A stretch of 64,000 nucleotides of DNA, from positions 512,001 to 576,000 of the forward strand of contig CBDCTA010000029.1 in NCBI GenBank assembly GCA_965221955.1. Direction: 5' to 3'. Below, one piece after another: positions 1-11,328 of the stretch. The stretch is from Gammaproteobacteria bacterium. Lineage in GTDB: Bacteria > Pseudomonadota > Gammaproteobacteria > UBA4575. The number at the start of each line of letters is the position of its first letter. Positions within the stretch are counted from its first letter, which is position 1. Both the position numbers and the translations under genes were made by a program. A model generated the notes under the pieces. It ran no database searches. It saw only the letters and a program-made list of their open reading frames with translations, and had not been told where the DNA came from.

Positions 1-231
1 AAAGGTCAAACTTTACAAGAACCCTTTCTAAATGCTTTGCGAAAAGAAAAAGTCCCCGTATCAATTTATTTAGTTAATGGAATCAAATTACAAGGCCAAG
101 TTGATTCATTTGATCAATTCGTTGTGCTACTAAAAAATAGTGTCAATCAGATGGTGTACAAACATGCCATTTCTACTATTGTACCTTCACGTATGGTGAA
201 GATGCCGATGAGTGATGAGCAGCCTGAATAA
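1..231 (+). CDS. hfq: RNA chaperone Hfq (5' end truncated by window edge)
   Basis: Frame 1 reads [33 protein letters not shown]...YKHAIST, Hfq signature; precedes hflX. Confidence 0.98.
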   Translation, partial: KGQTLQEPFLNALRKEKVPVSIYLVNGIKLQGQVDSFDQFVVLLKNSVNQMVYKHAISTIVPSRMVKMPMSDEQPE

Positions 232-269
232 TTTGCAGTATCCTATAACCATTCATTTAGGATTTTCTT

Positions 270-1556
270 TTGTTTGAGCGTCCAGACATAGGTCAACGCG
301 CTATACTTGTGCATGTAAAGTTTAATGGGGCAGCAAATAATCAAGACTTAGGTGAATTTAAAGATCTGGTACGATCGACTGGTGCAGAAATTGCCACAGT
401 TGTAACCGTGCAACGTAGTACACCTGATGCAAAACTATTAATTGGCAGTGGCAAGGTTGAAGAGATTGGTGTGCTTGCTTATTCGCTTGAAGCCGATATT
501 GTAATTTTTAATTATTCTTTATCTCCGAGTCAGGAGCGCAACTTAGAAAAGATTTGTAAAAAACGTGTTCTGGATCGAACTGGTTTAATCTTAGACATTT
601 TTGCGCAACGCGCGCGCTCCTACGAAGGTAAGTTACAAGTAGAGCTTGCGCAATTAAAGTATTTATCCACACGCTTGGTGCGTGGTTGGAGTCATTTGGA
701 GCGTCAGAAAGGTGGTATTGGTTTACGCGGTCCGGGTGAGAAACAATTAGAATCTGATAGACGCTTGTTACGTGCACGAATTAAACAAATTTCTAAGCGT
801 TTAGATAAATTACGCCAACAGCGAGATCAAGGCAGAGCAGCACGCAGAAAAACGACTACACCTACGGTTGCATTAGTGGGTTATACCAACGCAGGTAAGT
901 CGACCTTATTTAATCGTTTAACGGATGCTACGGTATATTCTGCAGATAAGTTATTTGCAACGTTAGACCCAACGCTACGGCGTATGCAGATTTCTAAGGG
1001 TCAGCATATTGTGTTGGCGGATACAGTTGGGTTCATTCAAGATTTGCCGCACGATCTAATCGAAGCATTTCATGCCACATTACAAGAAACGCAAGAGGCA
1101 GATCTACTTTTACACATTGTTGATGCGAGTGATCCAAACCGCGACAACAATATTGAACAGGTTCAGCTTGTTCTGGAGCAAATCGATGCTTTGGAAGTTC
1201 CGCAGATCATGGTGTTTAACAAAATAGATCAAATTGACATGTTGCCGAATGTTGATCTAGATGCACATGGGAGAATTCAACATGTTTGGATGTCTGCTCA
1301 GAGTGGAGAAGGTAAAGAGCTTTTGGTTCAAGCGCTGAAACAGTATTTTGAACAACAAGTTGAGCGTATGTGGCTGCATTTACCTCCGGCCAAAGGTGGG
1401 TTGCGTAGTGAGCTATATAAGCATAGTGAAGTGTTGCAAGAGTCTGTTGATGATCAAGGATTCTGGTTGATCGAGGCTGAAATTCCTTTGAATATACTCA
1501 AAAAGTTTGCGGAATATAAAATTCCTGAAGAATCTGTACAGCAGGCAAGCTTATAA
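270..1556 (+). CDS. hflX: Ribosome rescue GTPase HflX
   Basis: GYTNAGKS, DKLFATLD, DTVG, NKID motifs; hfq-hflX synteny. Confidence 0.97.
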   Translation: MFERPDIGQRAILVHVKFNGAANNQDLGEFKDLVRSTGAEIATVVTVQRSTPDAKLLIGSGKVEEIGVLAYSLEADIVIFNYSLSPSQERNLEKICKKRVLDRTGLILDIFAQRARSYEGKLQVELAQLKYLSTRLVRGWSHLERQKGGIGLRGPGEKQLESDRRLLRARIKQISKRLDKLRQQRDQGRAARRKTTTPTVALVGYTNAGKSTLFNRLTDATVYSADKLFATLDPTLRRMQISKGQHIVLADTVGFIQDLPHDLIEAFHATLQETQEADLLLHIVDASDPNRDNNIEQVQLVLEQIDALEVPQIMVFNKIDQIDMLPNVDLDAHGRIQHVWMSAQSGEGKELLVQALKQYFEQQVERMWLHLPPAKGGLRSELYKHSEVLQESVDDQGFWLIEAEIPLNILKKFAEYKIPEESVQQASL

Positions 1557-1637
1557 GCTGACTTTTTCTATTGTCTTGATAGAATGTGTCATTCGTGTCG
1601 AATAAAAATTAACCCATAACCATTTCTGGAGTGAACT

Positions 1638-2780
1638 ATGCCTTGGAACAGCCCAGGCGACGATAATAAAGATAAAGACCCTTGGGGTCGGAACTCGGGC
1701 AATCAAGGCCCCCCTGATCTTGACGAAGTATTTCGCAACTTAACCAAAAAATTCGGTGGAATTTTTGGCGGTAGTTCGTCTGGTGGTTCTGGAGGAGATG
1801 GTAAACCTTTCGTTTTGTTCGCACTGATAGCGGCGTTGGCGTTATGGGGCATCTACGATAGATTTGGTTTCTATGTAGTCAAGCAAGCTGAAAGAGGGGT
1901 GGAGTTACGTTTTGGTGAGTTTCAGGAAATGACCAGCGCTGGTTTGAATTGGCATTTACCCTTCCCAATTGAAACGGTTGAGATTGTAAACGTGGATGAA
2001 GTTCGTGAGGTTACAAATAAAACCTCCATGTTGACCCAGGATGAAAACATTGTAGAAGTCTCTCTCGAAGCTCAATATAAAATTGGCGATGCGAAGGAGT
2101 ATGTTTTTAATGTAAGAGACCCCGATCAAACGGTTAAAGATGCAATGGAAAGTGCAGTACGCGAAATCGTTGGTAAGAGCACTATTGATTTTGTACTCTT
2201 TGAAGGTCGTGCGCAAATCTCAAGTGTTACCCGAGAATTATTGCAAGAGATTCTTGATAGTTACAAGTCAGGCATTTTTATTCAAAAAGTAAACCTTGAG
2301 CGATCGGTTCCTCCGAACGAAGTAAAGGCAGCATTCGATGACGCGATAAAATCACGTGAGGACTATAACCGTTATATAAAAGAGGCTGAGGCCTATGCAA
2401 ATAGCATTCTTCCACAAGCGCGCGGTGAAGCTGCAAGGCAGTTACAAGAAGCGGATGCATATCGAGATCGTGTCATTGCCAATTCTGAAGGTGAAGCAAA
2501 GCGATTTTTAAAGCTTTTAGCAGAATACGAAAAAGCACCAGAAGTTACGCGTGAACGTTTATACATTGAAGCTGTAGAGTCGGTTTATACTCATAGCAAT
2601 AAAGTTATGATGGATGTTGAGGGCGGTAACAACCTTTTATACTTGCCTCTTGATCAAATTATGAAACAACGGTCGATGATAGGTAATCAGAACGTAACGA
2701 GTGAAAGGTTTAATAGTGAAAATTTTGGCTTAAATAATCAGCCGATTACATCCGATAACACTGGTCGCGAGGGACGTTAA
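1638..2780 (+). CDS. hflK: FtsH modulator HflK (SPFH domain)
   Basis: MPWN..DPWG..GPPDLDE N-terminus, TM helix, band-7 domain. Confidence 0.96.
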   Translation: MPWNSPGDDNKDKDPWGRNSGNQGPPDLDEVFRNLTKKFGGIFGGSSSGGSGGDGKPFVLFALIAALALWGIYDRFGFYVVKQAERGVELRFGEFQEMTSAGLNWHLPFPIETVEIVNVDEVREVTNKTSMLTQDENIVEVSLEAQYKIGDAKEYVFNVRDPDQTVKDAMESAVREIVGKSTIDFVLFEGRAQISSVTRELLQEILDSYKSGIFIQKVNLERSVPPNEVKAAFDDAIKSREDYNRYIKEAEAYANSILPQARGEAARQLQEADAYRDRVIANSEGEAKRFLKLLAEYEKAPEVTRERLYIEAVESVYTHSNKVMMDVEGGNNLLYLPLDQIMKQRSMIGNQNVTSERFNSENFGLNNQPITSDNTGREGR

Positions 2781-2782
2781 TC

Positions 2783-3646
2783 ATGAATAGTAAAATCGTA
2801 CTTGCAATCATAGCTTTGTTAATTGTTGGTTTTTTTAGTTTTACTTTTCAGGTAGATCAGCGCCAAACAGCGATTAAATTAAAATTTGGAAAAGTAGATC
2901 AAGCCAACATAGAGCCTGGCTTGCATTTTAAGATCCCCATTATGAACACGATTGAAAAATACGATAACCGTATTTTGACATTGGATGCTCCGCCAACGGA
3001 GTTCCCTACTAATGAAAAGAAATATGTAATTGTAGATTTCTTTGCCAAGTGGCGAATATCCGATGTGGAAAAGTATTACTTGGCTACTAGCGGTGTCGAG
3101 TCAAGGGCGAATCAACGTCTAGAGCTTATTTTGGTTGATGGTTTAAAAAATGAGTTTGGCACACGTACTATTCAGGAAGTGGTTTCAGGGGAGCGTGCTG
3201 AGATAATGGATGTAATTCAGGTGCAATCCAATAATGAAGCAAAAAATTTCGGAATTACAGTTGTTGATGTTCGCGTAAGTAAGATCGATTTACCAGAATC
3301 TGTGAGTGACTCTGTATTTAAAAATATGCGTGCTGAGCGTGACCGCGTTGCTAAAGATTTTCGTGCACGCGGTAGAGAACAAGCAGAAGTGATTCGAGCT
3401 ACTGCAGATAAAGAGCGCACTGTGATTTTGGCGAATGCGTATAAAGAAGCCGAACAAATTCGTGGTGATGGTGATGCGAAGTCTGCTGAAATCTATGCAA
3501 ATGCGTTTTCAAAAAACGAAGAATTTTATAGTTTTACGCGTAGTTTAAAGGCTTATACCAATACCTTTAATAGTAATAATGATGTTTTGATTATGGAGCC
3601 AGATTCTGAGTTTTTCCGCTACTTCAAAAAATCTGAACAAAATTAA
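2783..3646 (+). CDS. hflC: FtsH modulator HflC
   Basis: SPFH domain, MRAER, FYSFTRSL, DSEFFRY; follows hflK. Confidence 0.96.
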   Translation: MNSKIVLAIIALLIVGFFSFTFQVDQRQTAIKLKFGKVDQANIEPGLHFKIPIMNTIEKYDNRILTLDAPPTEFPTNEKKYVIVDFFAKWRISDVEKYYLATSGVESRANQRLELILVDGLKNEFGTRTIQEVVSGERAEIMDVIQVQSNNEAKNFGITVVDVRVSKIDLPESVSDSVFKNMRAERDRVAKDFRARGREQAEVIRATADKERTVILANAYKEAEQIRGDGDAKSAEIYANAFSKNEEFYSFTRSLKAYTNTFNSNNDVLIMEPDSEFFRYFKKSEQN

Positions 3647-3679
3647 TTAGTTCTAGTTTCCCTTAATTAAGCTAAATAT

Positions 3680-3874
3680 ATGTGGAATGAGTTACTGGTT
3701 GCGATTGCGCTGGTTTTGGTTTTCGAGGGCATTATTCCATTTTTAGCACCAGAAAAATTTCGCCAAGCACTTATTCAGCTTGTGAATATGCCGGACCAAA
3801 TGTTACGCATGATAGGTCTGGCGAGTATGACGCTAGGAATTATTTTTCTATATATCTTAAAGTTAATTGATTAA
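3680..3874 (+). CDS. Small membrane protein DUF2065 (YjeT-like)
   Basis: AIALVLVFEGIIPFLAP..LRMIGL motif; usual position after hflC. Confidence 0.9.
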   Translation: MWNELLVAIALVLVFEGIIPFLAPEKFRQALIQLVNMPDQMLRMIGLASMTLGIIFLYILKLID

Positions 3875-3885
3875 TTAAACCCATA

Positions 3886-5067
3886 ATGAGTCAAGATCGC
3901 TGGTTGTTACCTGAAGGTATTGAAGAGTCGTTGCCGGATGAATCGGAATGGCTGGAAAAAAATCGTCGTGAGTTAGTCGATATGTTTTCAACGTGGGGCT
4001 ATGAATTAGTCATGCCGCCACTGATTGAGTATCTGGACTCACTGCTGATTGGCCCAAGTGATGATTTGGATTTGCAAACCTTTAAGTTAACCGATCAATT
4101 AACCGGGAAAATGATGGGTGTACGTGCAGATATGACTTCTCAAGTTGCACGGATTGATGCACGTATGTTGAAACGTGATGCGCCTACACGATTTTGTTAT
4201 TTAGGTTCAGTGTTGCACACTCGGCCAGGGGGGCGTGATTTAACGCGCAGCCCATTGCAAGTAGGCGCAGAGTTATACGGCCATAAAGGGTTGGATAGTG
4301 ATGTAGAAGTCATTTGTTTAATGCTTCAAGCATTAAGTTTAGTTGGGATTGAAGATATTCTGCTTGATCTAAGTCACGTTGGAATTTTATCTAAACTCGT
4401 AGAGCAAGCGGGATTCACTGAGGTCCAACAGAAACAACTGCAAACATTACTACAACAAAAAGCACTGCCTGAATATGAGCAATTTCTTATTACTTGTTCG
4501 CTAGAAGATAAATGGCAAACAGTATTTACTTCTTTAATTGATTTAAATGGTGAGGAAGAAATCATTGCTACAACTAAAGAGTTATTAAAAGATTGTGGCG
4601 CTGAAGTGATTGAATATATTCGATATGTAGAAGAACTTGCAGCGCGAGTGACAAAATATTATCCAAATATTCAGTTGCATTATGACTTTGCTGCGTTGAG
4701 TGGATATCGGTATCAAAATGGAGCTGTATTTGCTGCATATGTTTCAGGTCAAGGAGGGGAGATTGCGCGTGGGGGTCGTTATGACATGATAGGTGAGGTG
4801 TTTGGTCGTTCACGCCCTGCCACGGGATTTAGTATGGATCTAAAAGCCTTGGCAAAAATTTCACTGAAGTCGAGCCAATCCGTGCTTGGTATTTACGCGC
4901 CAAATGATGATGATTCGGAGTTGCAGAAAAAAATAAAACAATTACGTGCTCAAGGTGAACGAGTTATTTGTGAATTAGCAGGTCAAAAAGGCGACGCTCA
5001 AGATTTAAATTGTAATCGTGTAATCGTTAAACAAAACCAACAGTGGATAGTTAAGGATATCCAATAA
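3886..5067 (+). CDS. hisZ: ATP phosphoribosyltransferase regulatory subunit
   Basis: WLLPEGIEE, RADMT.QVARID, GGRYD..FGR.RPATGFS; upstream of purA. Confidence 0.95.
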   Translation: MSQDRWLLPEGIEESLPDESEWLEKNRRELVDMFSTWGYELVMPPLIEYLDSLLIGPSDDLDLQTFKLTDQLTGKMMGVRADMTSQVARIDARMLKRDAPTRFCYLGSVLHTRPGGRDLTRSPLQVGAELYGHKGLDSDVEVICLMLQALSLVGIEDILLDLSHVGILSKLVEQAGFTEVQQKQLQTLLQQKALPEYEQFLITCSLEDKWQTVFTSLIDLNGEEEIIATTKELLKDCGAEVIEYIRYVEELAARVTKYYPNIQLHYDFAALSGYRYQNGAVFAAYVSGQGGEIARGGRYDMIGEVFGRSRPATGFSMDLKALAKISLKSSQSVLGIYAPNDDDSELQKKIKQLRAQGERVICELAGQKGDAQDLNCNRVIVKQNQQWIVKDIQ

Positions 5068-5079
5068 AAATTAATCTAA

Positions 5080-6381
<1,302 letters not shown>

Positions 6382-6452
6382 TTAGTATTTAATTATTAGC
6401 GTTTAGCTAACCAGTTCACTCATAAATTGCATAGTTGTTTGATTATTAAGCT

Positions 6453-7445
6453 ATGAGTCTTAATGGTAAAACGTTCTTAATCGTTGGTGGAGCAGGTTAC
6501 ATCGGGTCACACATGACTTTGATGCTATTTGAGCTGGGATATCAAGTTTTAGTTCTAGATAATTTATCTACTGGCTTTGAAGATGCTGTGATCGGAGCAC
6601 AGCTTATACAAGGCGATATTCATGATTCGGCAAAACTCGACGAAGTATTTAAGCGAAATAAAGTCGATGTAGTAATGCACTTTGCAGCACATCTTGATGT
6701 AGGTGAATCTGTGCGTGATCCATTTAAGTATTACCAAAATAATGTAGTCGGTACTCAAACACTACTAGAAAAAATGGTCTCGCATAGGGTAAACAATTTT
6801 ATATTCTCATCGACAGCAGCCATTTTTGGCGAACCCGAATATGTGCCAATTGATGAAGTACATGATAAAAAACCTATTAATCCGTATGGTCACAGTAAGC
6901 TGATGGTAGAACAGATGCTGGAAAATTATGATCAAGCCTACGGGTTAAAATCCATTTGTTTGCGCTACTTCAATGCAGCTGGTGCGGATCCACAAGCCAG
7001 AATAGGTGAAAGGCATGATCCTGAAACGCATCTTATTCCGTTGGTATTGCAAGCTGCAACAGGACGTCGCGAGAGCATTAATGTTTTTGGTGACGATTAC
7101 GACACTGAGGATGGAACTTGTATACGCGATTACATCCATATTGTAGATTTGTGTACGGCACACCTGATTTCAACAGAGTATTTGTTATCCGAAGCACAAA
7201 GCAGGCAATTTAATCTTGGTAATGGAAATGGCTACACGGTTCAACAAGTAATTGATAGTGCTAAGAAGATCACCAATAAACCAATCAAAATAAATCAAGC
7301 GGAGCGGAGGGCAGGGGATCCTGCAAGATTGGTCGCGGATGCAACGTTGGCAAAAAAAATACTAAATTGGGTACCGAAATATACGGATTTAAATGAAATC
7401 ATAGAACATGCCTGGAAATGGGAAGTTCGGCAGAATAATAAATAA
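6453..7445 (+). CDS. galE: UDP-glucose 4-epimerase
   Basis: GGAGYIGSH, NPYG.SK, LRYFNAAGA, DGTCIRDYIH. Confidence 0.93.
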   Translation: MSLNGKTFLIVGGAGYIGSHMTLMLFELGYQVLVLDNLSTGFEDAVIGAQLIQGDIHDSAKLDEVFKRNKVDVVMHFAAHLDVGESVRDPFKYYQNNVVGTQTLLEKMVSHRVNNFIFSSTAAIFGEPEYVPIDEVHDKKPINPYGHSKLMVEQMLENYDQAYGLKSICLRYFNAAGADPQARIGERHDPETHLIPLVLQAATGRRESINVFGDDYDTEDGTCIRDYIHIVDLCTAHLISTEYLLSEAQSRQFNLGNGNGYTVQQVIDSAKKITNKPIKINQAERRAGDPARLVADATLAKKILNWVPKYTDLNEIIEHAWKWEVRQNNK

Positions 7446-7542
7446 GCAGTTTTAACTACGTATTTTTAAAATTCTTTATAGCTAACAAGTACTTAGTATA
7501 GCTATTATTGAATAAAGTCCTCTGTCCCCGCTCATCGTTCAT

Positions 7543-7570
7543 GAACCTTTTTGTCTCTACCCGTGTCTTA
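7543..7570 (+). promoter_or_regulatory. Putative sigma-E/AlgU-type promoter
   Basis: GAACCT-N17-TCTTA upstream of a lipoprotein gene; resembles GAACTT-N16/17-TCnnA consensus. Confidence 0.5.
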
Positions 7571-7660
7571 CACGCATATATGTGGGTTGCGCGTGTCAAC
7601 CAAAATCTTGGTGAAACGTTGTAGTCAATACGAAGTACTCAAAAACAAAAGAGGTTAACC

Positions 7661-8143
7661 ATGTATAAGCATTTCATACTTTCGATGATTCTAGTGTTAA
7701 GTTTTTCTTTAAGCGCCTGCGCTACTAATCCTTATGGAGGATACAGCGCGCCCAGTAAACAAACTCAAGGCGCAGTAGCTGGCGGTGTTATTGGCGGGCT
7801 TTTGGGTTCTACCGTGGGAGATGGAAGGGGCACAGTATGGGCAGCAGCAGCAGGAACATTAATAGGTGCTTTGGCAGGAGCGCATGTAGGTCGTCAGCTG
7901 GATGAACTAGATCGTTATCGTACGGGACAAACTTTAGAGACAGCGCCTACTGGAGCTACTAAAGAGTGGGTGAACCCAGACTCAGGTACGGCTTATTCCG
8001 TTACGCCGACACGCACTTATGATTCTGGATATGGAACACCTTGCCGTGAATTTACTATGGATGCAGAAATTGGTGGTCAAACTGAACAAGTATATGGCAC
8101 TGCATGTAGACAAGCGGACGGAAGTTGGAAGATGTCTGCTTAA
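7661..8143 (+). CDS. Glycine-zipper outer-membrane lipoprotein (17 kDa surface antigen-like)
   Basis: Lipobox LSAC, GAVAGGVIGGLLG zipper, W.NPDSG, CREF, GTACRQADGSW. Confidence 0.9.
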   Translation: MYKHFILSMILVLSFSLSACATNPYGGYSAPSKQTQGAVAGGVIGGLLGSTVGDGRGTVWAAAAGTLIGALAGAHVGRQLDELDRYRTGQTLETAPTGATKEWVNPDSGTAYSVTPTRTYDSGYGTPCREFTMDAEIGGQTEQVYGTACRQADGSWKMSA

Positions 8144-8203
8144 TAATTTATTAAATTTAAGGAAGAACTAGAACTGAAAAGTAACAAGGAATGTTAAAAA
8201 AAT

Positions 8204-8232
8204 AAAAAGCCCTGCATTAGCGGGGCTTTTTT
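8204..8232. terminator. Bidirectional intrinsic terminator
   Basis: AAAAA-GCCCTGC-atta-GCGGGGC-TTTTTT between convergent genes. Confidence 0.85.
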
Positions 8233-8262
8233 ATATCTTGATGGATTAAGTGCTGGTATGGA

Positions 8263-8823
8263 TTATCGAGACTTAATCGTATCTTGTTTCATGTTTTGGG
8301 CGAGCCATGCTTTGATTGTCCAAGGAAAAACGTTTTCTGATTCTGATATGTCTTCCCATCCTTGTTGAACGTAACATTGATATGCATCTGCGCCAAAAAT
8401 ATTTTGTACGCGCATGGGTTTGCTTTCATTGGCAGAATCACCATTAATTTCTTCATCTCTAAATGCATATAGAGTAGGTTCGTCTTCAAACTGCTCATCC
8501 ATTTTTAAAATGGTGATATATGCGCATTCAACACCCTCTCGATACAACACTTGGTAATCCACAATACCTAAATTTTCGTTGGCTTTTACTTTTTCAGTAA
8601 CCTCTTCAGGTTCATCTTTTTGAAACTGCTTAAAAACTTCATCAAACTCATCGTCATCGATATCGGCAGTAGAAATTTCTAAACCTTGCGTTCTTCGACG
8701 ATCGCCGAATACACGTCGATTCTCTTCAACAATTTCATTGTTATTGTCGCGCATTGGGAACGATTCCTTATTTTTATTTGTTCTACGATCCTTGCCAGAT
8801 CTACGATCGTATATAGTTTTCAT
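8263..8823 (-). CDS. Hypothetical protein with N-terminal DRR/NRR arginine repeats and acidic C-terminal region
   Basis: 186-aa ORF, YDRRSGKDRR...NRRVFGDRRR; terminator downstream and CRP-like site upstream. Confidence 0.8.
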   Translation of the reverse strand: MKTIYDRRSGKDRRTNKNKESFPMRDNNNEIVEENRRVFGDRRRTQGLEISTADIDDDEFDEVFKQFQKDEPEEVTEKVKANENLGIVDYQVLYREGVECAYITILKMDEQFEDEPTLYAFRDEEINGDSANESKPMRVQNIFGADAYQCYVQQGWEDISESENVFPWTIKAWLAQNMKQDTIKSR

Positions 8824-8903
8824 ATGCTTTCCCTTTGCGTATTCCCCGAAATATAAAGGTATGCAAAATTGTGTAAAACGATACCAGGCGTGTGATCTTC
8901 AGG

Positions 8904-8919
8904 TGTGATGCAGTTCACA
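8904..8919. promoter_or_regulatory. CRP/Vfr/Clp-type binding site
   Basis: Perfect TGTGA-tgcagt-TCACA; about -41 from a minus-strand TATCGT -10 box (8878-8883). Confidence 0.7.
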
Positions 8920-9061
8920 GCAAGTCTTCCACTTAGCAAGGTAATTCACCCATCTAGCGTAATTTCATGAATGCAGCATATGATTGGGTTGCTGGTAGAA
9001 ATTAATCGTTATTTTTCAAAGATTTCGCATTTGACGACTAAGGTAGTAGAGTGCGTCACAC

Positions 9062-11326
9062 ATGGCGCGTAAAAAGAAAAAAAAGTTAGTGGATCCCTAT
9101 GCTAAGCGTGAGGCATCTAAATATGAGCGACCAATTGCTAGCCGTGAACTTATTCTGCAAGTTCTAGAAGAAAGTGACGGGCCACTTGCACTAGGTGCGC
9201 TGCATGAAGCGCTTGACGTAGATTCCGAGAAAGTGGTGGATGCATTAGCGAGACGTTTAGGCGCGATGGAGCGTGATGGTCAACTTATCCGCAATCGTCA
9301 AAATCACTATTTACCGATTTCTAAAGTTGATTTAATGCGCGGTCGCGTAATGGGGCATCCGGATGGCTTCGGCTTCTTAATTCCTGATGAAGGTGGAGAG
9401 GACTTATTTCTTTCTCCATTTGAGATGCGTACCTTAATGCACGGGGATCGTGCCATTGTGCGTCCCGCTGGGAAATCCAAACGCGGTAAATTGCAAGGCA
9501 AGCTTGTTGAAATCATTGAGCGCAATAATAAACAGATTGTAGGTCGTTACTATAAAGAATCAGGCATTGGGTTTGTGGTGCCAGATAACAAACGTCTCAA
9601 TCAAGACATCATGATTCCCGCAGAAAATGCGATGCAAACTAAAAACGGCCAGTTTGTTGTCGCTACCATACTTGAACAACCAAATAAGTTCCGCCAGCCA
9701 ATTGGAAAAATAATTGAAGTCATTGGTGATCATTTAGCACCAGGGATGGAAATAGATGTTGCCATTCGTTCTTACGATTTGCCTTATAAATGGTCTGATC
9801 AAGTGCTACAGCAAGTTGAGCAATTTAGTGAAAAAGATATTCAACAACAGCTAAAGCACCGTAAAGATTTACGCGAATTTAATTTCGTCACCATAGATGG
9901 TAGTGATGCCAAAGATTTTGACGATGCAGTATATTGTGAGCCGCGTGAAAACGGTTGGCGTTTATGGGTAGCGATTGCCGATGTTTCACACTATGTTGAA
10001 ACTGATACGGCGTTAGATTATGAAGCTCGAAATCGTGGCACGTCGGTGTACTTTCCCGAGCGTGTTATTCCGATGTTGCCGGAAAATCTTTCCAATGAAT
10101 TGTGTTCATTAAAACCAGAAGTCGATCGCCTTTGTATGGTTTGCGAAATGTTCATCTCACATGGCGGTGAATTAAAGAGCCATAAGTTTTATGACGCGGT
10201 AATGTGCTCCTCAGCACGACTGACGTACGATGAGGTGCAAAAGATTCTTTATGATAAAAACAAACAAGTACGCGAACAGTGCGAACATTTGCTAAGTGAT
10301 TTAGAAAATTTACAAGGTGTATACAATGCACTACGCAAACAGCGTAAAAAACGTGGTGCAATTGATTTTGATACCAAAGAGACTATTTTTGAGTTTGATG
10401 AAGATAAAAAAATAAAAGCCATTCTTCCGCGCGAACGGTTTCAAGCGCATATGATCATCGAAGAATGCATGATTAGCGCCAATGTAGCTGCTGCAAAATT
10501 CATCACGAGTAAAAAATTACCAACTTTATATCGTGTGCATGAAGAGCCTACATTTGAAAAATTACGCGACATGCGTGAATTTCTTGAATCACTAGGTGTT
10601 GGTTTTCGTAAGGCAGAAAAGCCTAAACCGAGTGATTACATGGCGGTGATTAAAAAGATCGCGCATCGTAAAGATAAACAAATTATTGAAATGGTATTAC
10701 TCAGGTCCATGGCGCAAGCGGTTTACAGTCCAGATAGTACCGGTCATTTTGGTTTAGCCTTACCTTTGTACGCTCACTTTACTTCTCCGATTCGACGTTA
10801 TCCTGATCTAGTTGTACACCGTACGATTCGACATTTGCTGGCTAAGGAAAATAAAGCGTCTTTCCCTTTGTCGCAAAATGATTTACTACTCCTAGGTGAA
10901 CATTGCTCTATGTGCGAACGGCGTGCAGATGATGCAACGCGAGATGTGGATGCATGGCTTAAGTGTGAGTTTATGCAAGATAAGTTAGGCCAGGAATTTG
11001 CTGGTGTGATTACTTCAGTCACTGCATTTGGTTTTTTTGTCATGCTGAATGATTTCTTCGTTGAAGGTTTAGTGCATGTAACTACTTTGAAGAGTGATTA
11101 CTACCATTTTGATGAACAATCACATTGCTTGTTTGGTGAGCGCAGCAAGAAACGTTACGCCTTAGGAGACGAAGTAAAAATTATCGTCGCAAGAGTAAGT
11201 TTGGATGAACGCAAAATGGACTTTTCGCTAGCTCAGGTTGATAAGGAACATAAGACGAAAAGACCAAAGCCAAGTAATAAATATAAGGCTAAAAAATCAA
11301 AAAAGAAAAGAAAAAAGTTTAAGTAG
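9062..11326 (+). CDS. rnr: Ribonuclease R
   Basis: TIDG.DAKDFDDA, HFTSPIRRYPD, S1 domain, basic tail. Confidence 0.97.
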   Translation: MARKKKKKLVDPYAKREASKYERPIASRELILQVLEESDGPLALGALHEALDVDSEKVVDALARRLGAMERDGQLIRNRQNHYLPISKVDLMRGRVMGHPDGFGFLIPDEGGEDLFLSPFEMRTLMHGDRAIVRPAGKSKRGKLQGKLVEIIERNNKQIVGRYYKESGIGFVVPDNKRLNQDIMIPAENAMQTKNGQFVVATILEQPNKFRQPIGKIIEVIGDHLAPGMEIDVAIRSYDLPYKWSDQVLQQVEQFSEKDIQQQLKHRKDLREFNFVTIDGSDAKDFDDAVYCEPRENGWRLWVAIADVSHYVETDTALDYEARNRGTSVYFPERVIPMLPENLSNELCSLKPEVDRLCMVCEMFISHGGELKSHKFYDAVMCSSARLTYDEVQKILYDKNKQVREQCEHLLSDLENLQGVYNALRKQRKKRGAIDFDTKETIFEFDEDKKIKAILPRERFQAHMIIEECMISANVAAAKFITSKKLPTLYRVHEEPTFEKLRDMREFLESLGVGFRKAEKPKPSDYMAVIKKIAHRKDKQIIEMVLLRSMAQAVYSPDSTGHFGLALPLYAHFTSPIRRYPDLVVHRTIRHLLAKENKASFPLSQNDLLLLGEHCSMCERRADDATRDVDAWLKCEFMQDKLGQEFAGVITSVTAFGFFVMLNDFFVEGLVHVTTLKSDYYHFDEQSHCLFGERSKKRYALGDEVKIIVARVSLDERKMDFSLAQVDKEHKTKRPKPSNKYKAKKSKKKRKKFK

Positions 11327-11328
11327 TT

